This document shows, piece by piece, positions 1 through 12,520 of a stretch of 46,063 nt of DNA (position 1 is its first letter; every line of letters starts with the position of its first letter). The position numbers and the translations under genes were made by a program. The notes beneath the pieces were generated by a model. The model saw only the letters and a program-made list of their open reading frames with translations. It was not told the origin of the DNA and made no database searches. The stretch is from Chiloscyllium plagiosum (Eukaryota), in the NCBI RefSeq assembly GCF_004010195.1, contig NC_057719.1, positions 78,276,359 through 78,322,421 on the forward strand, written 5' to 3'.

Positions 1-894
1 GCATAGCCCAATCCACGAGTCACCAAACTCAAGTCTCTCACTCCTGCACTCTATTCCTAGCAGACTGCAACTGCAAAAAGTATTTTATCTCTCTCCAGAC
101 ATGACTCACTCAGTCTGCAAACCTGGATCTTGAGCAGTTAAGCCTAGGTCACCTTTTGAGTCATAATGTCACCTCTAGAGTTCCATCGCTGGATGAGGCT
201 CCACATTCGGTCTGACTGACCCCACTCCTCAGGTATTTATCCTGCTGCTGTTATTCACCCTCAGGTTGACTCTCCTTTGCTCTGTTACTGCTTGGACTGA
301 CCTCTGCTCAGACTGACCAAATAGGTGACAGGGCAGAGATTAGACACAGAATTTATTCTTCGTTCTTTCATTCCAACAATAATGACTTGACATTAGTTAA
401 TGAATGTTCCTTGCTGTTGTGAATACCTTTAACCTGGTTTTATATTTCTTTTCCTGTTTCCAAATATGATTAAGACTAAAACTAGAGATATCCTTTGTAA
501 ACAGTAATCTGGAATTGTTGGAAGGTAAGATTTGCTTTATGTCATTGTTTTGCCTATTTCTGTAGCCTTCTCCACACGCAATCCTGTAAATTCATTGTAC
601 TCCTCCAATTCCGTTCTTTGGCACCATACCACTGACAGAGATTGTTGTGATATCCCTGTAAGAGAGTATCATAAACTGTCAATCAAATCGTTATCACCAG
701 ACAGGATATGACATAATCGTTCTACGACACTGTACTTCTAGAAGACAGCAGCTAGTCTCTAAGGTGGATGTGCCTTCTCTGTGTCTGTGCTCACACTGTA
801 CCGATCTAGTCTTACCTTCCAATAAAGAACCCACATTATTGTTTTACCAGTCCTGATTGTAGAATTGGTTTGTGATGGAGAGAAGAACATAACA

Positions 895-1145
895 GATGTG
901 GCTTTGGCTGCTTCAGACCCAGTCTCTGGAATGACTTCCCTAAACCACTCTGCCTCACTGGCTCTCTGTGAAGCCTCATTGACTGCAGACAATAATCCAG
1001 GAACTAACGACATACATAGGCTTTTGGTCACCTTTCCAAATAGCTCCTTGTAAATTGTCTCAACGTCAATTTTGGTTTGATAATGCACTTGTGAAACATT
1101 TTGGAAGACTTGTGTCTATGAAGGCTCTATCAAAATGCATTTTTC
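895..1145 (+). mobile_element. Degraded L2-clade LINE 3' end
   Basis: ctctggaatgacttccctaaaccactctgcctc reads LWNDFPKPLCL, like the L2 ORF2 C-terminal LWNSLP motif. It is followed by aggcttttggtcacc and a tail (tgtgaaacattttgg...aaggctctatcaaaatgca) resembling the DeuSINE tail at 34870-35063. Confidence 0.6.
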
Positions 1146-1729
1146 ATGTATATTGTACGTTCCATCACATTAGCTCTGTTCACTGGCAGAAATTTTCCAA
1201 GAGTTGCAGTACTCATGTCCCAAGTGTTTTTGACAAATTTCATAGCTGGTTTGGCACTCATCAAATAAAATATGTGCAAATTGGGCACAGCTGAAATAAA
1301 TCACTGGAATTTAAGGGAAATTATTCTATAAATGTTTTCCAAGCACAAATAACCCACCATCTCATAACTTCATTTTTAACAATATTTGGGGATGAAGTTT
1401 TTATTTTATGACACACAAATCTCCCAACCAGGTTTACAGTATTACTTTGATGTTTCACAACTCATAGAGTCTTGGTGCCAGCCTCAACAGTCTATTTCAA
1501 CTTGACTTGCTGGCAATATAATGTAACAATCTAACAAACAAAGGCTGGCAATATAATGCAACATCCCCAGAAGGGTAATGCGCATAAGTGTAATCTCTGG
1601 ACCTGCCTATTACTCAAATAATTTGGTATATATGCTGAATCAGGGAGGAGGAGGCTAAATTAAGAAATGCAGAACCGAAAGCTGGGATCCTAGCAAGGCT
1701 GCTATTTGCTTCCAGTCAGTTCTGATGCA

Positions 1730-1828
1730 GTGAAAGAGCATAGGAGTTCTCCCTGAGTTTCCAGGCCAATATTAATCTCTCAATCAACCTCACTAGATCA
1801 CAAAAGACGTTATTGCCACATTACTGGT
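1730..1828 (+). mobile_element. DeuSINE (SacSINE1/AmnSINE1-like) Deu-domain fragment, left part
   Basis: gaaagagcataggagttctccctgagtttccaggccaatattaatctctcaatcaacctcact matches the Deu-domain core and aligns with 34710-34760 in this window. Confidence 0.7.
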
Positions 1829-2612
1829 ATTTTTTATTCGCTCATGGGACATGGGTGTCACTGACAATGCCAGCGTTTATTACCCATTCCTAATTGCTCA
1901 TGGAGGTGGTGGTAAGCTGCCATCTCAAACCGTTCTAGTCTTCAGGGTGTAGGTACACCCACAGTGCTGTTTGAGACTTCTAGAGTTAGCACCCAGTGAT
2001 AGTGAAGGACAGCAATATATTTCCGAGTCACAATCATTTGTGGTTTGGAGAGGAACTTGCAAAGGGTGGTGTTCCCATGCATCTGCTGCACTTGTCCCTC
2101 TAGATGGTAGAGGTCATAGGTTTGAAAGAGGCTTTGGTGTGTTGCCAGTAGTGCAACCAGTAGATGGCACACTTTGTATCAGTGGTGAAGCGTGTGAATA
2201 TGGAAAGGGGTGGATGAAACAAGCTGTTTATTCCTCGATGTTGTTAAGCTTCTTGAGTCTTGTACTCATCCACATAAGTGAACAGTATTCCAGGATACAT
2301 CTGATGTGTACTTTGTAGATTATGATCTGGCTTTAGGGAGACAGTAGGAGGCAGTTGCTTGCTCTCTCTTGTTGGAAATAGTAATTGTCTGGCATTTATG
2401 TGGCGCAGATGTTTATTGGCACTTATCAGTTCAAGCGTGGATATTGTCTATGTCTTGCTGCATGTAGATAAGAATTGCTTCAGTATATGATGACTTTGAA
2501 TAGTGCTGAACATTGCGTAATCTTCAGCTAACGTCCCAACGTCTGACCTTATGACAGGCAGAAGGCTATTAGTGAAACAACTGCAAAGATGATTGGGTCT
2601 GGGACATTACTC
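1829..2612 (-). mobile_element. CR1-like LINE (family B) 3' fragment, inserted into a DeuSINE
   Basis: The minus-strand ORF ends ...SNSTVGVPTP. The 3' UTR (rc: gcaattaggaatgggtaataaacgctggc...cccatgagcgaataaaaa) is shared with copies at 11603-11869, 13311-13556 and 18600-18770. Confidence 0.75.
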
Positions 2613-2615
2613 CTT

Positions 2616-2662
2616 CATTGTCCTGCACAAATTATTGTGTTCCCTACATTTTAGAATGTTGA
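2616..2662 (+). mobile_element. DeuSINE fragment, right part (resumes after the LINE)
   Basis: ttgtcctgcacaaattattgtgttccctacatttt aligns with cttgctctgtgaaagtttgctcccatatttccaacaa (34799-34835), the segment that follows the left part. Confidence 0.45.
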
Positions 2663-3524
2663 TCTAGATTTTTGCAGAGCTGTGGAAACTCCATGGCTTA
2701 TTTAAAATAGTGCTGGGAACCCAAATCCAGAATTTGTGTGCCACTTTTGACAAATCCTATTGCCAGGGAAAAGGAATGGGACACAAGGGAAATCTAAGTC
2801 CAGCAGCCAATTGAGTTCAATGCTCAGCTGAAAGCACTAGAGTGAGATGTGAATCTTAATTTTTTAGAATAGTCTTCAATGCACATAAAGGGTAGATAAG
2901 GTCTCTGGAATTATCAAGTAGTCAAGTTGTTCAAATTTCAAGCCCTTAAAATTTTGAATATAACAGCCTGCTTGTGTCTTTGATTCAAATAATCTAAGCT
3001 TACAGTGTTGATAGATGTTTATTGATATAATTATTGGAGTTTAATTACTGCTTAACTGTTTTCACAACCAGCATTATCACAGTGGGGGGGCCTCTAAATT
3101 CATAGTTCAATTGACAACTCCAAGAGGCATGGTTCCTAAGGTCTTGCCTTGGATACCGGGTGAATTGACATGATGGTGTGAAGGCAAAGAGTGGTAAGTG
3201 GAGAGGGTTATGTGTTAGCACTTTCCTGGCACAGGGCCGATATGAGAGCGCTGGGCATAGAATAAATGGATGGAACCTGAGAAGTGGGTGGAGGAGGTGT
3301 AAGTGATGAGGGAAAGCCGACCTGGAGGTGGGTCTTTTTACCAGCATGCCTCAGTGCACACCCCCTCCAATGTGGTCACCTTCAATCTGCATGGAAGGCA
3401 GGTAGGCTGGATTCCTTATGAAGCCTCACACAAGCGAATGTCCTGCCATTTTGACCACTTTTTCCTGAGATGGGTGTGGCAAGCGTTAAGTGAAAATCCA
3501 GGTGAGCGACATCACTCCCAACAT

Positions 3525-3595
3525 TGACTGTGAAGTAGGTTCGATGTGCAGCGATCAGAGGAGGTGCTATATAAATGCAAGTTCTTTCTTTTCCT
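3525..3595 (+). mobile_element. L2/DeuSINE-type 3' tail
   Basis: ctgtgaag...aggtgctatataaatgcaagttctttcttt is the typical terminal motif. Confidence 0.55.
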
Positions 3596-6157
3596 CCCGT
3601 CATGCAAAGTCTTTCATTTTGAAGAATACTTTGCCTTGGAGCATTCATATTTATGGAGCAGACTCACTTTTGCGATTTTCTTGCATGTGCAGGAACCCAT
3701 GAGATAATAATATTTTTTCACGTGAGTCTCAGTAAATGTGGGCACTATACACACAATACATACTCAGTGAAAAGGGTTGAACAAACATTTCTCCAACAAA
3801 GACCAACAGTGGATGTACAGTTGTAATAAATGCTTTAGCCAAATGAGTGGATTCACAGTTTGTCGGTAGATTCAGGTTCAACATTGCTTTGTAGAACTAT
3901 TGATCGCTAACACGTGTGTTAGTAAAACCTAAAGCAGCCCTGCCTCCACTGCAGTGTTTCTGCATAATAGTCAGGCTTATTGAAGCCCTATATTTGGTTA
4001 GAATATTTCAGTGCATCCTTGAAAAAAAATCACATCACATGCCTTCCCACTTATTCAGAACACTGTTAGTGAGGAAAACTTTGATACATTCCTCTAATTC
4101 TGTCTAGGGACTTGGTGGAAGATATTAGTATGATTCAATTATCTAAAATCATCCAACTGAAATCAAACTGATTTTCTTTCAACCTGTGTTCAAAGTCTTG
4201 CAATCATGCCACGTAGAGCATTTTAAATCTAAGCCAGAGGAACAGATTGCTGCTGAATGTTGCAGGTTATCTGCAACTTGACACTGTGTCCTTTTCTATT
4301 ATACTTTATCTGATCTCGAGAGAAAGTTCCCTTGCTATCTGCCATTGATTCTCTGGATCGGCTACCAGTATAATTATCATTTCAATGTTGTTTATAGAAT
4401 GTAGTGCATTGCCAGTGAGCAGCATTAATGTTTATTCAGTACATATACAATATGCAGGAGATGGTAAGAGGGGACATCTCTGGAGTTCTATACATTCCGG
4501 TCCCAGTTCCATGTGATCTGAAGTTAGCATGACAAAGCACCAACTGCTTTGAAGACACTACCAGATTAATGGACAAGTCAACCTTTTGCTCCACTGGTAA
4601 AGTCTGCTGCACCAGTGATACGGAGTTGGCTCTGGGCTAAAAGTTGCTGACAAAGCTGATTTCATGACCATAGTAAAAATGGTAAAATTATTGGAAACGG
4701 ATCCTGTGCCTGGAGGAGGCTGGGAAATGATTTTTGGAACACAGCGGGTGAGAAATGAAAATGTTAAGAGTGTTAGGTTATTAAAATTTGAATTGGGCAA
4801 TTATTTGGAGCTCTCTTTTAAAAAGTCATCTGAATTGTCATTTTTTTTCAATACTTAACTTGAAGAGTGATGAAAGCATCTTCAGTAGTTCCACCTGTGT
4901 TCTGGCCAGCAGGCTTTATTAGATATGTATGCTGGGTTGTCTGGCTTTCTGTCAAAACTAGAGCACAGCTTGTCATATATGACCATGTTGCATTTTGTGT
5001 GTGCTCCACACATGGGCATTAGAGCAGGTGAGTTTTGGAGTCTGGTCTTTCCATTGTATCCAGTGGATCTACAATGCAGCCATATATGTTACTGAAGGAT
5101 TCTCAGGCATAAGGAATTGGACAGTAGTGGGATATGAAATACACCATTGTGAATCATTCCATTTCTGAATACATTTCCACCCCATTGAAGTTATTTGTTT
5201 CATAATGGCTTATTCTGAAGTAAATCTCTATGTGCATCTGAGTAAATCAATACCAACTGCATCCACTGTCCTACTCGGAAGGCTGTTTTATATATTGATT
5301 GCTTGCTTACTAACATAATGGGAGGTGCGGGAGTGGGGTCTTCTTGTCACACTGAGTGTCCCATAGAATGGGACTGGAAGTGAGTGGCAGGGCTGACCAG
5401 TGGCAGCGATCAGCCCAATTAGTTGTGCACCTTCAGGGTTACTCGGTCAGCAGGGAAGGATAGGAAATCACTGATCCCATACTTATCTCATGGTGATTGA
5501 AATATGGTGGGTGCCTCCACGTCTGACAGGGAGCCTTTTAACCTGAAGCACTGTAACTCTTATGAATGTAGATGGGGTGCTACCCCTTTAAGAGAGCTGG
5601 CCAGGTAACCTGAAGGGGCAAGCTTGGGACCTGCCTAGGACTGGTTGAGAAGGTGTGAGCATTAACAGTAACAAGTTCCTGCTCAGATTTACGATTGTCT
5701 ATCTGATATATAATTCCTAGTTCTATAGGAAGCACCAACATAACAGTAACTCCTTTGCCCAGCTGCCATACTTGGATACCTGGAAGTGCATAGATTCAGA
5801 CAGTGTGGATAGATGTAAAGATACACAAAAGGATACTGCTTTTAGAATGCACTCTCCCTCAGGCACTTTTGACCTTCTCTCCATTCCCCCAACGTGCCGT
5901 GATCCATCACTCTACCTATGTATTCTTGAACCACCGACTATTACTGTAACTGTCTGTTAACCTGGAGCTGTCCAGCATCCCCTGCACGACCACCTCCCAA
6001 CCATTACGTAATCCAGTCACCTTCTAATCGCCGCCTGTCCTTCTCAACCCTATCTCAATCACCTTTGAATTGCCCTTAGTTCAGCACTGCAACTGATTCT
6101 CCCTCAATCACCCTTGATTGCCCTTCTAACACACGTGTGCTGTCTTTAGTAGACAGA

Positions 6158-6311
6158 ATGTGGGGGTGCCGGTGTCGGACTAGGATGGACAAAGTCAAAA
6201 GTCACACGACATCACAACACACTTCAGCTGACAAAGGAGCAGCTCTCTGAAAGCTTGTGATTTCAAATAAACCTGTTGGATTATAACCTTGTGTCATGTG
6301 ACTTTTGCCTT
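6158..6311. mobile_element. Degraded Penelope-like inverted-repeat unit (family B)
   Basis: Homologous to 15559-15762 (caaataaacctgttggattataacc). Inverted ends caaaagtcacacgaca / tgtcatgtgacttttg. Decayed hammerhead ctgacaaaggagcagctctctgaaagctt. Confidence 0.7.
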
Positions 6312-6614
6312 TAGTAGAGATTGACCTTCCCATTGTTGCCCAGTTTCCTACCTCCTATATTCCGTGACCCCTTTTTTGGGCCCTTCCCGATTGATGTCCC
6401 TCCCATTGTCAGCTGACTCTAGACAGTCGCCATGTCATTGCAGCTGCTCAGCCTCCTCTCCCTTGGTTTTCAAAGTCACCTATTCAAAAAAAAGCAATCT
6501 CTACTCACTCCAAATCCACCAGGAAGTCTACATGAACTGCTGGAAACTACTTTTAACCAGTCATCAATCAGAAAGCTCATGTTTCTGGTTTGTGGCTGAC
6601 TAATTGCAAAGGCA

Positions 6615-6957
6615 GGGTAGCAAGGTGACTCAGTGGTTAGCACTGCTGCCTCACAGCACCAGGGACCCAGTCTCGATTCCAGCCTCAGGGAATTGTCTGT
6701 CTGGAGTTTGCACATTTTCCCCATGTCTGCGGTGCTCCGGTTTCCTCCCACAGTCCAAAGATGTGCAAGTTAGGTGGATTGGCCATGCTAAATTGCCCAA
6801 AGTGTTCAGGGATGTATAGGTTAGTTGCATTAGTCAGGGGAAATGTAGCGTAATAGGGTAGGGGAACAGGTCCGGGTGGGATAATCTTCAGAGGATCAGT
6901 GTGGACTTGTTGGGCTAAATGGCCTGTTTCCATACAGTAGGTATTCTGGTGACTATG
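6615..6957 (+). mobile_element. HE1-type V-SINE
   Basis: tRNA-like head (gtgactcagtggttagc A box; ctcgattcc B box), V domain ggagtttgcacatt...ggtttcctcccacagtccaaagatgtgc, and CR1-derived tail gggctaaatggcctgtttcc. Confidence 0.92.
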
Positions 6958-7184
6958 GATATTAATGGCTGTGCATGACATGCTAGTGCGTAAAAATAGT
7001 TTCCTGCTGTTTGCAATGGAGAGCATGAGCCGCCTTTAATCCACCATCAACATTTCTCCCAGCTTTAAACCCGACCTTGAAAAGCTAGCGTTTCACCTCC
7101 CACACAATTTAACTGGCCTTTCCCACCTCTTTTCCTAATCACTGGAGCTTCACTTGTTTCTGCTCAGTAATTCCCTGGGCCAGT

Positions 7185-7420
7185 TTGAAATTCAATTCAT
7201 TCTGAAGTGCAAAGTGTGACCTCTGGTGCTCTTGTTCTGGTCAATGTGAAGGCACTCATTGTGGCCTACATCATTTAATCCCTTCAGGATCTTAAAAATA
7301 GAAACCTTATCACCTTCCATAATTTTCTTTTTTAAGGAGAACTTGCCCAGTTTGCTCAATTGTACCTCATAATGCAATAGCTTCATCTCCTCAATCATTT
7401 TGCATGATTTCCTCTATATT
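7185..7420 (-). mobile_element. Old CR1 ORF2 C-terminal fragment
   Basis: MKLLHYEVQLSKLGKFSLKKKIMEGDKVSIFKILKGL...STRGHTL corresponds to the CR1 LSYEERL..LGLFSLE.RR.RGDLI..YKIL.G...TRGH motif. Confidence 0.75.
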
Positions 7421-8668
7421 CTAGCCAGTCATTGGTGAATGCAAAAAAACCCATAAAACCCTGGTTTAACTGGAATGTAATTTTCCACAATGAGGATAAA
7501 GGCACTTGTGGGAGGATACACTAGTTATTGAGAGTTCAATACATTACATTGATGTAATTTCAATGTTGCCTGTGATTAAATCCTCACTCAACCAGACACA
7601 GCTGGGAAAGAATTATTGTCCAGTGGAAAAATGATGGAATTTGAAGCTAAGGGGATTGTTTCAAGCACATTTTGCCTTTTATAATTATTAAATACTAATT
7701 AGCAATTCAGAATAAAGTAGAAGATAATAAAGTGCAATTTAATGATGGGGGCATTTTATATTGGAAACATTACAGAGCAAGAAGCCAAAGCAATTTTGCT
7801 AGCAAATGGAGCGAATTAACACAAGTTTTAAGTAATATGGCTGGATATGCCTGATTCTGAAATAATTGATTATGCCAGAGTGGCAAATCTGATAAAAGCT
7901 CATCGGATGGTATGACTAATCTGTCTAGTTCTCTGGTAAAAATGTTTCTCTAAATCTCATTTGAAGCAAAGTAGAGAGAGAGAGCAGGCAGTTCTGTCGT
8001 CTCCATTGAAAGCAGATCCACACTGCCCGCTAAGCGCCGTATGAAAATGGATTAGAGCAACAGTTTTCTTCTAATTTCCTGCCTTTCATTGTGAGAGGAC
8101 GCACTTGACTTGTACTGCAACTTCGGGAGAGTTACTTGAGTTTCCAAGTAAGCAATGAGCGTGTCATCGTGTGTGGCAGTGGCTCATTTTTCTGTAGCTG
8201 CTTGCAATCGTAATCTTTGAGTATTAAATACAAATTGTGGTTTAGACGTTGAGCTGAAAGAGGGCACATTTGTTATAACCTTTCATCCTGCAGTAACAGA
8301 ACATATAAAAGCAAAGGGGGAACAACATTTTATACTGTATGAGTGCTGATTGGTAAAGGCCATACCATGGACTATGCACCAAATACTTAGCAATTTGACA
8401 AAGTTTGCTGCAAAAGTTACTGCAAAATTACTTTTTGTAACAAAATAAATAATGAGTTACTGTTTGTTCAAGAAATCTGCAATACCTTATTTATAATGCA
8501 ATGATTGTCTTATATACACATTGTGGTGATATCAGCATTCAGAATAAGGCCTACCTCTATTCTAAGTGTTTAGTAAGAACATTATTCAGCTAAAACAGTA
8601 TTTTCCTCCATTCAGAACTTGATTATCGAAACATCGAGAGGTTGATAGTAATATCTTTACAAGGTATT

Positions 8669-8738
8669 AATGCTGAAACTATTCAGCAGGTCTGACAGAA
8701 TCTGCAAAGAGAGAACATTAATATTTCAGATCTATAAG
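8669..8738 (-). mobile_element. Penelope-like family D remnant
   Basis: aatgctgaaactattcagcaggtctgacagaatctgcaaagagagaa is homologous to 28843-28888. Confidence 0.55.
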
Positions 8739-8744
8739 CTTTGA

Positions 8745-8896
8745 GAGTGGTAGAGATGTACAGCACGGAAACAGACCCTTCGGTCCAACTCGCCTGTGCC
8801 GACCAGATATCCCAACCCAATCTAGTCCCACCTGCCAGCACTTGGGCCCATATCCCTCCAAACCCTTCCTTTTCATATACCAATCCAGATGCCTTT
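8745..8896 (-). mobile_element. HER1/CR1 LINE 3' end (5'-truncated)
   Basis: Reverse complement of ggagggatatgggcc...gtgctggcaggtgggactagattgggttgggatatctggtcggc...gaagggtctgtttccgtgctgtacatctct. Near-identical to 41130-41245. Confidence 0.9.
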
Positions 8897-9929
8897 GATC
8901 AGAGCTTAGCTGACAGTGGATCAGGCTATGCCAACTGGGATTTCAGAACTTATTCAAAATTGCCTGTATGGATAAACAAATACCAAGAATTTGGTACAAT
9001 TAATTTAAATTCAACTGGAGATTAAAACTCTGTAATATTATGAGATCAGCATTTAAATTGGGCATGGCAGTTCGAAAACTTGAGTTTTTATATCACATCA
9101 GTTCAAAGTACTTGGGTTTCATTAAGCCATTCCATCAACATTCACATCTCATTTTTTGGAATATCTTCATGAATTTGACCCCAGTTGGGGCTTAAAGTGA
9201 TTGTCTGGCACCCACATCTGAGATGATGGGAGAAGGTTTACTTTGCGTCTCGATAGGTTAATCCTGACTGAAAGCTGGGGGAGAATCAGAGGCAATGCCT
9301 TTGGTCTTATATTGTACAGCTCAGAGACAGACATTCATCTCCAAACTGGTCTGGGATGCAGTGTCAGGGGGAAAATAATTGTTTCAAATTAATGGGTTTC
9401 ACAATTAGAGTTGATCTGTGGACCAAATTTAAGTAACTTAAGCTGGCAGTGTGGCTTGCTTTGTTAATTATTTTTATTGTGCAAAGTACTGCAAAAAGAT
9501 TGAAATAGTGGAAATTGTATTTGGTGTAAGTTTTTAAAAATGCTTTAAATCTTGCATTTGTCTGTCTGTCTCCATGGACAAGTTGACGGCTGCCATGGAC
9601 AGTCAGGTCTCGGAGCCTCAGGTCCGCTGAGGAGGTGCACACACCTACACTGCAGTGTTTCTGGCCATTGATCCTCAGGACTGAAGGACTGACTGCGATA
9701 GGTGGGCAGGGAGCACGGTGTGCACTTCATGTGCTCTTCCTCACAATGAGACAGAAATGGTGTCAGGAGGCACCCAACCAGAGGAGAAACGACACAAAGG
9801 TCCCTCAGGAATCTCCTCTCAGGACACTCCAGAGGTTCCCAGGCCCTTTACCTCCACTGTTCATGCCTCCCCCTCCCCAACTCTTTGAGATTTTAGTCAA
9901 GAAAGCTTCATTTGCATCCAACAAGAAGA

Positions 9930-10132
9930 GCTGGAAATGTGTTGCTGGAAAAGTGCAGCAGGTCAGGCAGCATCCAGGGAACAGGAGAATCGACGTTTCG
10001 GGCAGAAGGCCGAAGAAGGGCTTATGCCCGAAACGTCGATTCTCCTGTTCCCTGGATGCTGCCTGACCTGCTGCGCTTTTCCAGCAACACATTTCCAGCT
10101 CTGATCTCCAGCATCTGCAGACCTCACTTTCT
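9930..10132 (+). mobile_element. Penelope-like short element (family A), inverted-repeat unit with 15-bp TSD
   Basis: 78-bp arms 9927-10004 and 10025-10102 (1 mismatch). Direct repeat catccaacaagaaga at 9915-9929 and 10133-10147. Partial hammerhead gaagaagggcttatgcccgaaacgtc. Confidence 0.85.
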
Positions 10133-10556
10133 CATCCAACAAGAAGACCCTCAGCATGGCAAGTCAACCTGCCCAACTACTGCAACCTAGCAGAATCATG
10201 TGACGTTAGTGATTTTTTTTCCTCTAACAGTATAGGTGAGAAGGTGGAGTTAGTATTGCGTGACATTTTAGTGGGTCGAGTTTCTAGTTTTTGACCTTTT
10301 AATTTGAGAAAGAAGTTGAATCTGTTACTGTTCCAATTTAATACCCACAGTTATGTGTAGGTAAATACTTTCACTGTTTCTTCTAACATGGAAATATTTG
10401 TATTACTCCCAGTTAATAATAAGCTGAACAGCTGAGGGTTTATTTTGAAACTCTGACATAGCCTTATTATATTACCAAGCAAACTTGATGAAAAATGCTG
10501 CAGTCACAACCAAGGAAAACCTTTGAGTACGGACATTGGGTGAGGCGAGGATTATG

Positions 10557-10790
10557 TAAGCTATAGGGACAGAACTAGGCCATTTGCCCCTCAAGCCTGC
10601 TCCATCAGTCAGTAAGATCACAGATGGTCTGATGTGGCTTTAACTCAATTTTGCTGTCTATCCCCCAATTCCCTTGACTCCTCTTGTCCATCAAAAATCT
10701 CTAACTCAGTCTCAAGTATCCAGCCTCCACTGCTCCCCAAATCCTTTGAGAAAAGAAATTCCTCACCACTTCTGTTTTAAATGAGAGACT
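10557..10790 (-). mobile_element. Degraded CR1 3' end
   Basis: aggccatttgcccctcaagcctgctcca is the rc of the CR1 terminal hairpin region. aagaaattcctcaccacttctgttttaaat is the rc of FKTEVVRNF. Confidence 0.75.
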
Positions 10791-11365
10791 GACTCAGCTG
10801 AAAATCTCCTGTGTGAGGGCAATGTGACATGCCAAAGTTCTGAGATTTATAGATGAACGTTGATCACTTGGATGTACCAGAGAGGGACTGGGTTCAAGGA
10901 GCCAGCCCCTTCAGGAGGAAAGAACATTGTCAAGGCCAAAAAAGCAACCTTGGTCCATGAAACGTCAAGCAACGTGGGTACAGTTATGATGCTCAGTGTG
11001 TCTGAAGGTCTTCTACGTTAGGATTTTTAATGGAGCAGCTACCAAATACAATGTTGTAACTGTGAATGATATTGAGGTGACTTTGTCATTATGGCAGCAC
11101 TAGAGAATCAATTTTGTCAATGCAGCATCATTATTCACAATTTAAAAGCTAAAGCTTGCAACTATCTCCAAAGGCACATCATTGCCAATCTGCGTTTGTT
11201 ATTTTGGAGTTGGACTTAGTCCAAAGCAATTATAACTAAAATATTATAGACAAACAGCCACTGTTATCTAGCATTTTTTTCTTTTAAATAGAATTAATTT
11301 TCAATTATATGCTTTTCCCTTGGTGTGTTAAAAAATGTGCTGACAACTTGTTTATCTTTCTGTAA

Positions 11366-11460
11366 CTACGTGACTGCACTTTAAAATAATTTATTTGGTT
11401 ATAACATGTTCAGGACATTTTGAGGTTATGACAGGAGCAACATGAATATAATTCTTTCTG
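11366..11460 (+). mobile_element. DeuSINE/L2-type 3' tail
   Basis: gtgactgcactttaaaataatttatttggttataacatgttcaggacattttgaggttatgacagg...ttctttct aligns with 34838-34903. Confidence 0.5.
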
Positions 11461-11602
11461 TCTTAGAGTTAATTCCACAGTAATATTAAATTATTTCCCC
11501 TATCAAAATTGGTCTGTTTTGAGCATTGTTTTCAAACAGGTAGTCAGGTATCTCAGTTGGAATGCTTGGACACGGAAGATTATGGTAACTTAAAAAAAAA
11601 AT

Positions 11603-11869
11603 TACATGAGAACACCATCACCTGTAATTAGTGCTCAATTAAACCTCCAGCTCATACATCATTCTGACTTGGAGATAAACCACTATTTCCATTATTGTGG
11701 GGTCACAATCCGGGATCTCTCTCTCAAACAGCACTGTGGGTGTACCTACACTATGTGTCGTGCAATCATTGTTGAAAGTAGGTCACCGTTAACTTCTCAA
11801 AGTCAAATGAGGATGGACAACAAATATTGGCCTTCCTGCCAATGTTCATTTCCAATGAACAATTAAAAA
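11603..11869 (+). mobile_element. CR1-like LINE family B 3' end
   Basis: aacagcactgtgggtgtacctacac (NSTVGVPT) followed by the 3' UTR ggatggacaacaaatattggcc...aatgaacaattaaaaa. Confidence 0.75.
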
Positions 11870-12520
11870 GGCATATAGATACCAACAAATTCCAGGACAA
11901 TGATAAAATATGCATGTGCAGTTTATAGTTATAGGTGAATGCACTTACCTTATTTTTGTTTCGCTGCACACACTATATTTCTCCATGAACGTCAGAGCTT
12001 GCAAAACAAATCCTCTGATCCCCTTATAACCACAAGTATACTTTTTGGAAGGACGTTTTGTAAAGTGATCACATGCAAATGCTTTAACATATTTTACTCG
12101 CCTTGCTGTACTCTACATCAGCCAACCCTACCCACCCCTACTCACAAACACTCCTTACCGACCCCTTCTTCATCCAGACATACTTAGGACAATTAAAATT
12201 CTTCACTTCTCATGATTGGTTGTCAAAGTATCTGCCTACAAATGAGCAGCAAAAGATAACCAGGGCTTTCTGCAATCTTCCTGTGAGGGATTCATTGTAA
12301 TGTCAACTTACAGCTGATGGATTCTATTCCTATTTCCACTATAGACAGTTAGCTAATAAGTAAGCATGTTCCTGAGCACTTATTTAGTTGAGTTGGTTTC
12401 AAGAAATTTGAAGAGCGTAAGATAGAAAATTAAACTTTTTTCTTGTAGATTTCACTCAAAAAAATGTAGTGTTCCATAAAAGTTCAATATGGTTTATCAT
12501 TGAGAATGAACTTAGAGGCT

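Noticed and set aside
1..330. Possible LTR fragment ending in tgaca
   Set aside because: The other terminus and any TSD lie outside the window, and there is no diagnostic motif.
759..1088. 109-aa minus ORF as a gene
   Set aside because: It is an antisense frame overlapping an L2 3' remnant and has no recognisable domain.
9927..10102. Long hairpins (also 15559 and 18174) as MITEs or pre-miRNAs
   Set aside because: Asymmetric tails, long TSDs, hammerhead motifs and monomeric copies elsewhere fit Penelope-like retroelements better.
9635..10190. Four overlapping ORFs with a repeated peptide (CPKRRFSCSLDAA)
   Set aside because: They are an artefact of the inverted-repeat Penelope-like unit.
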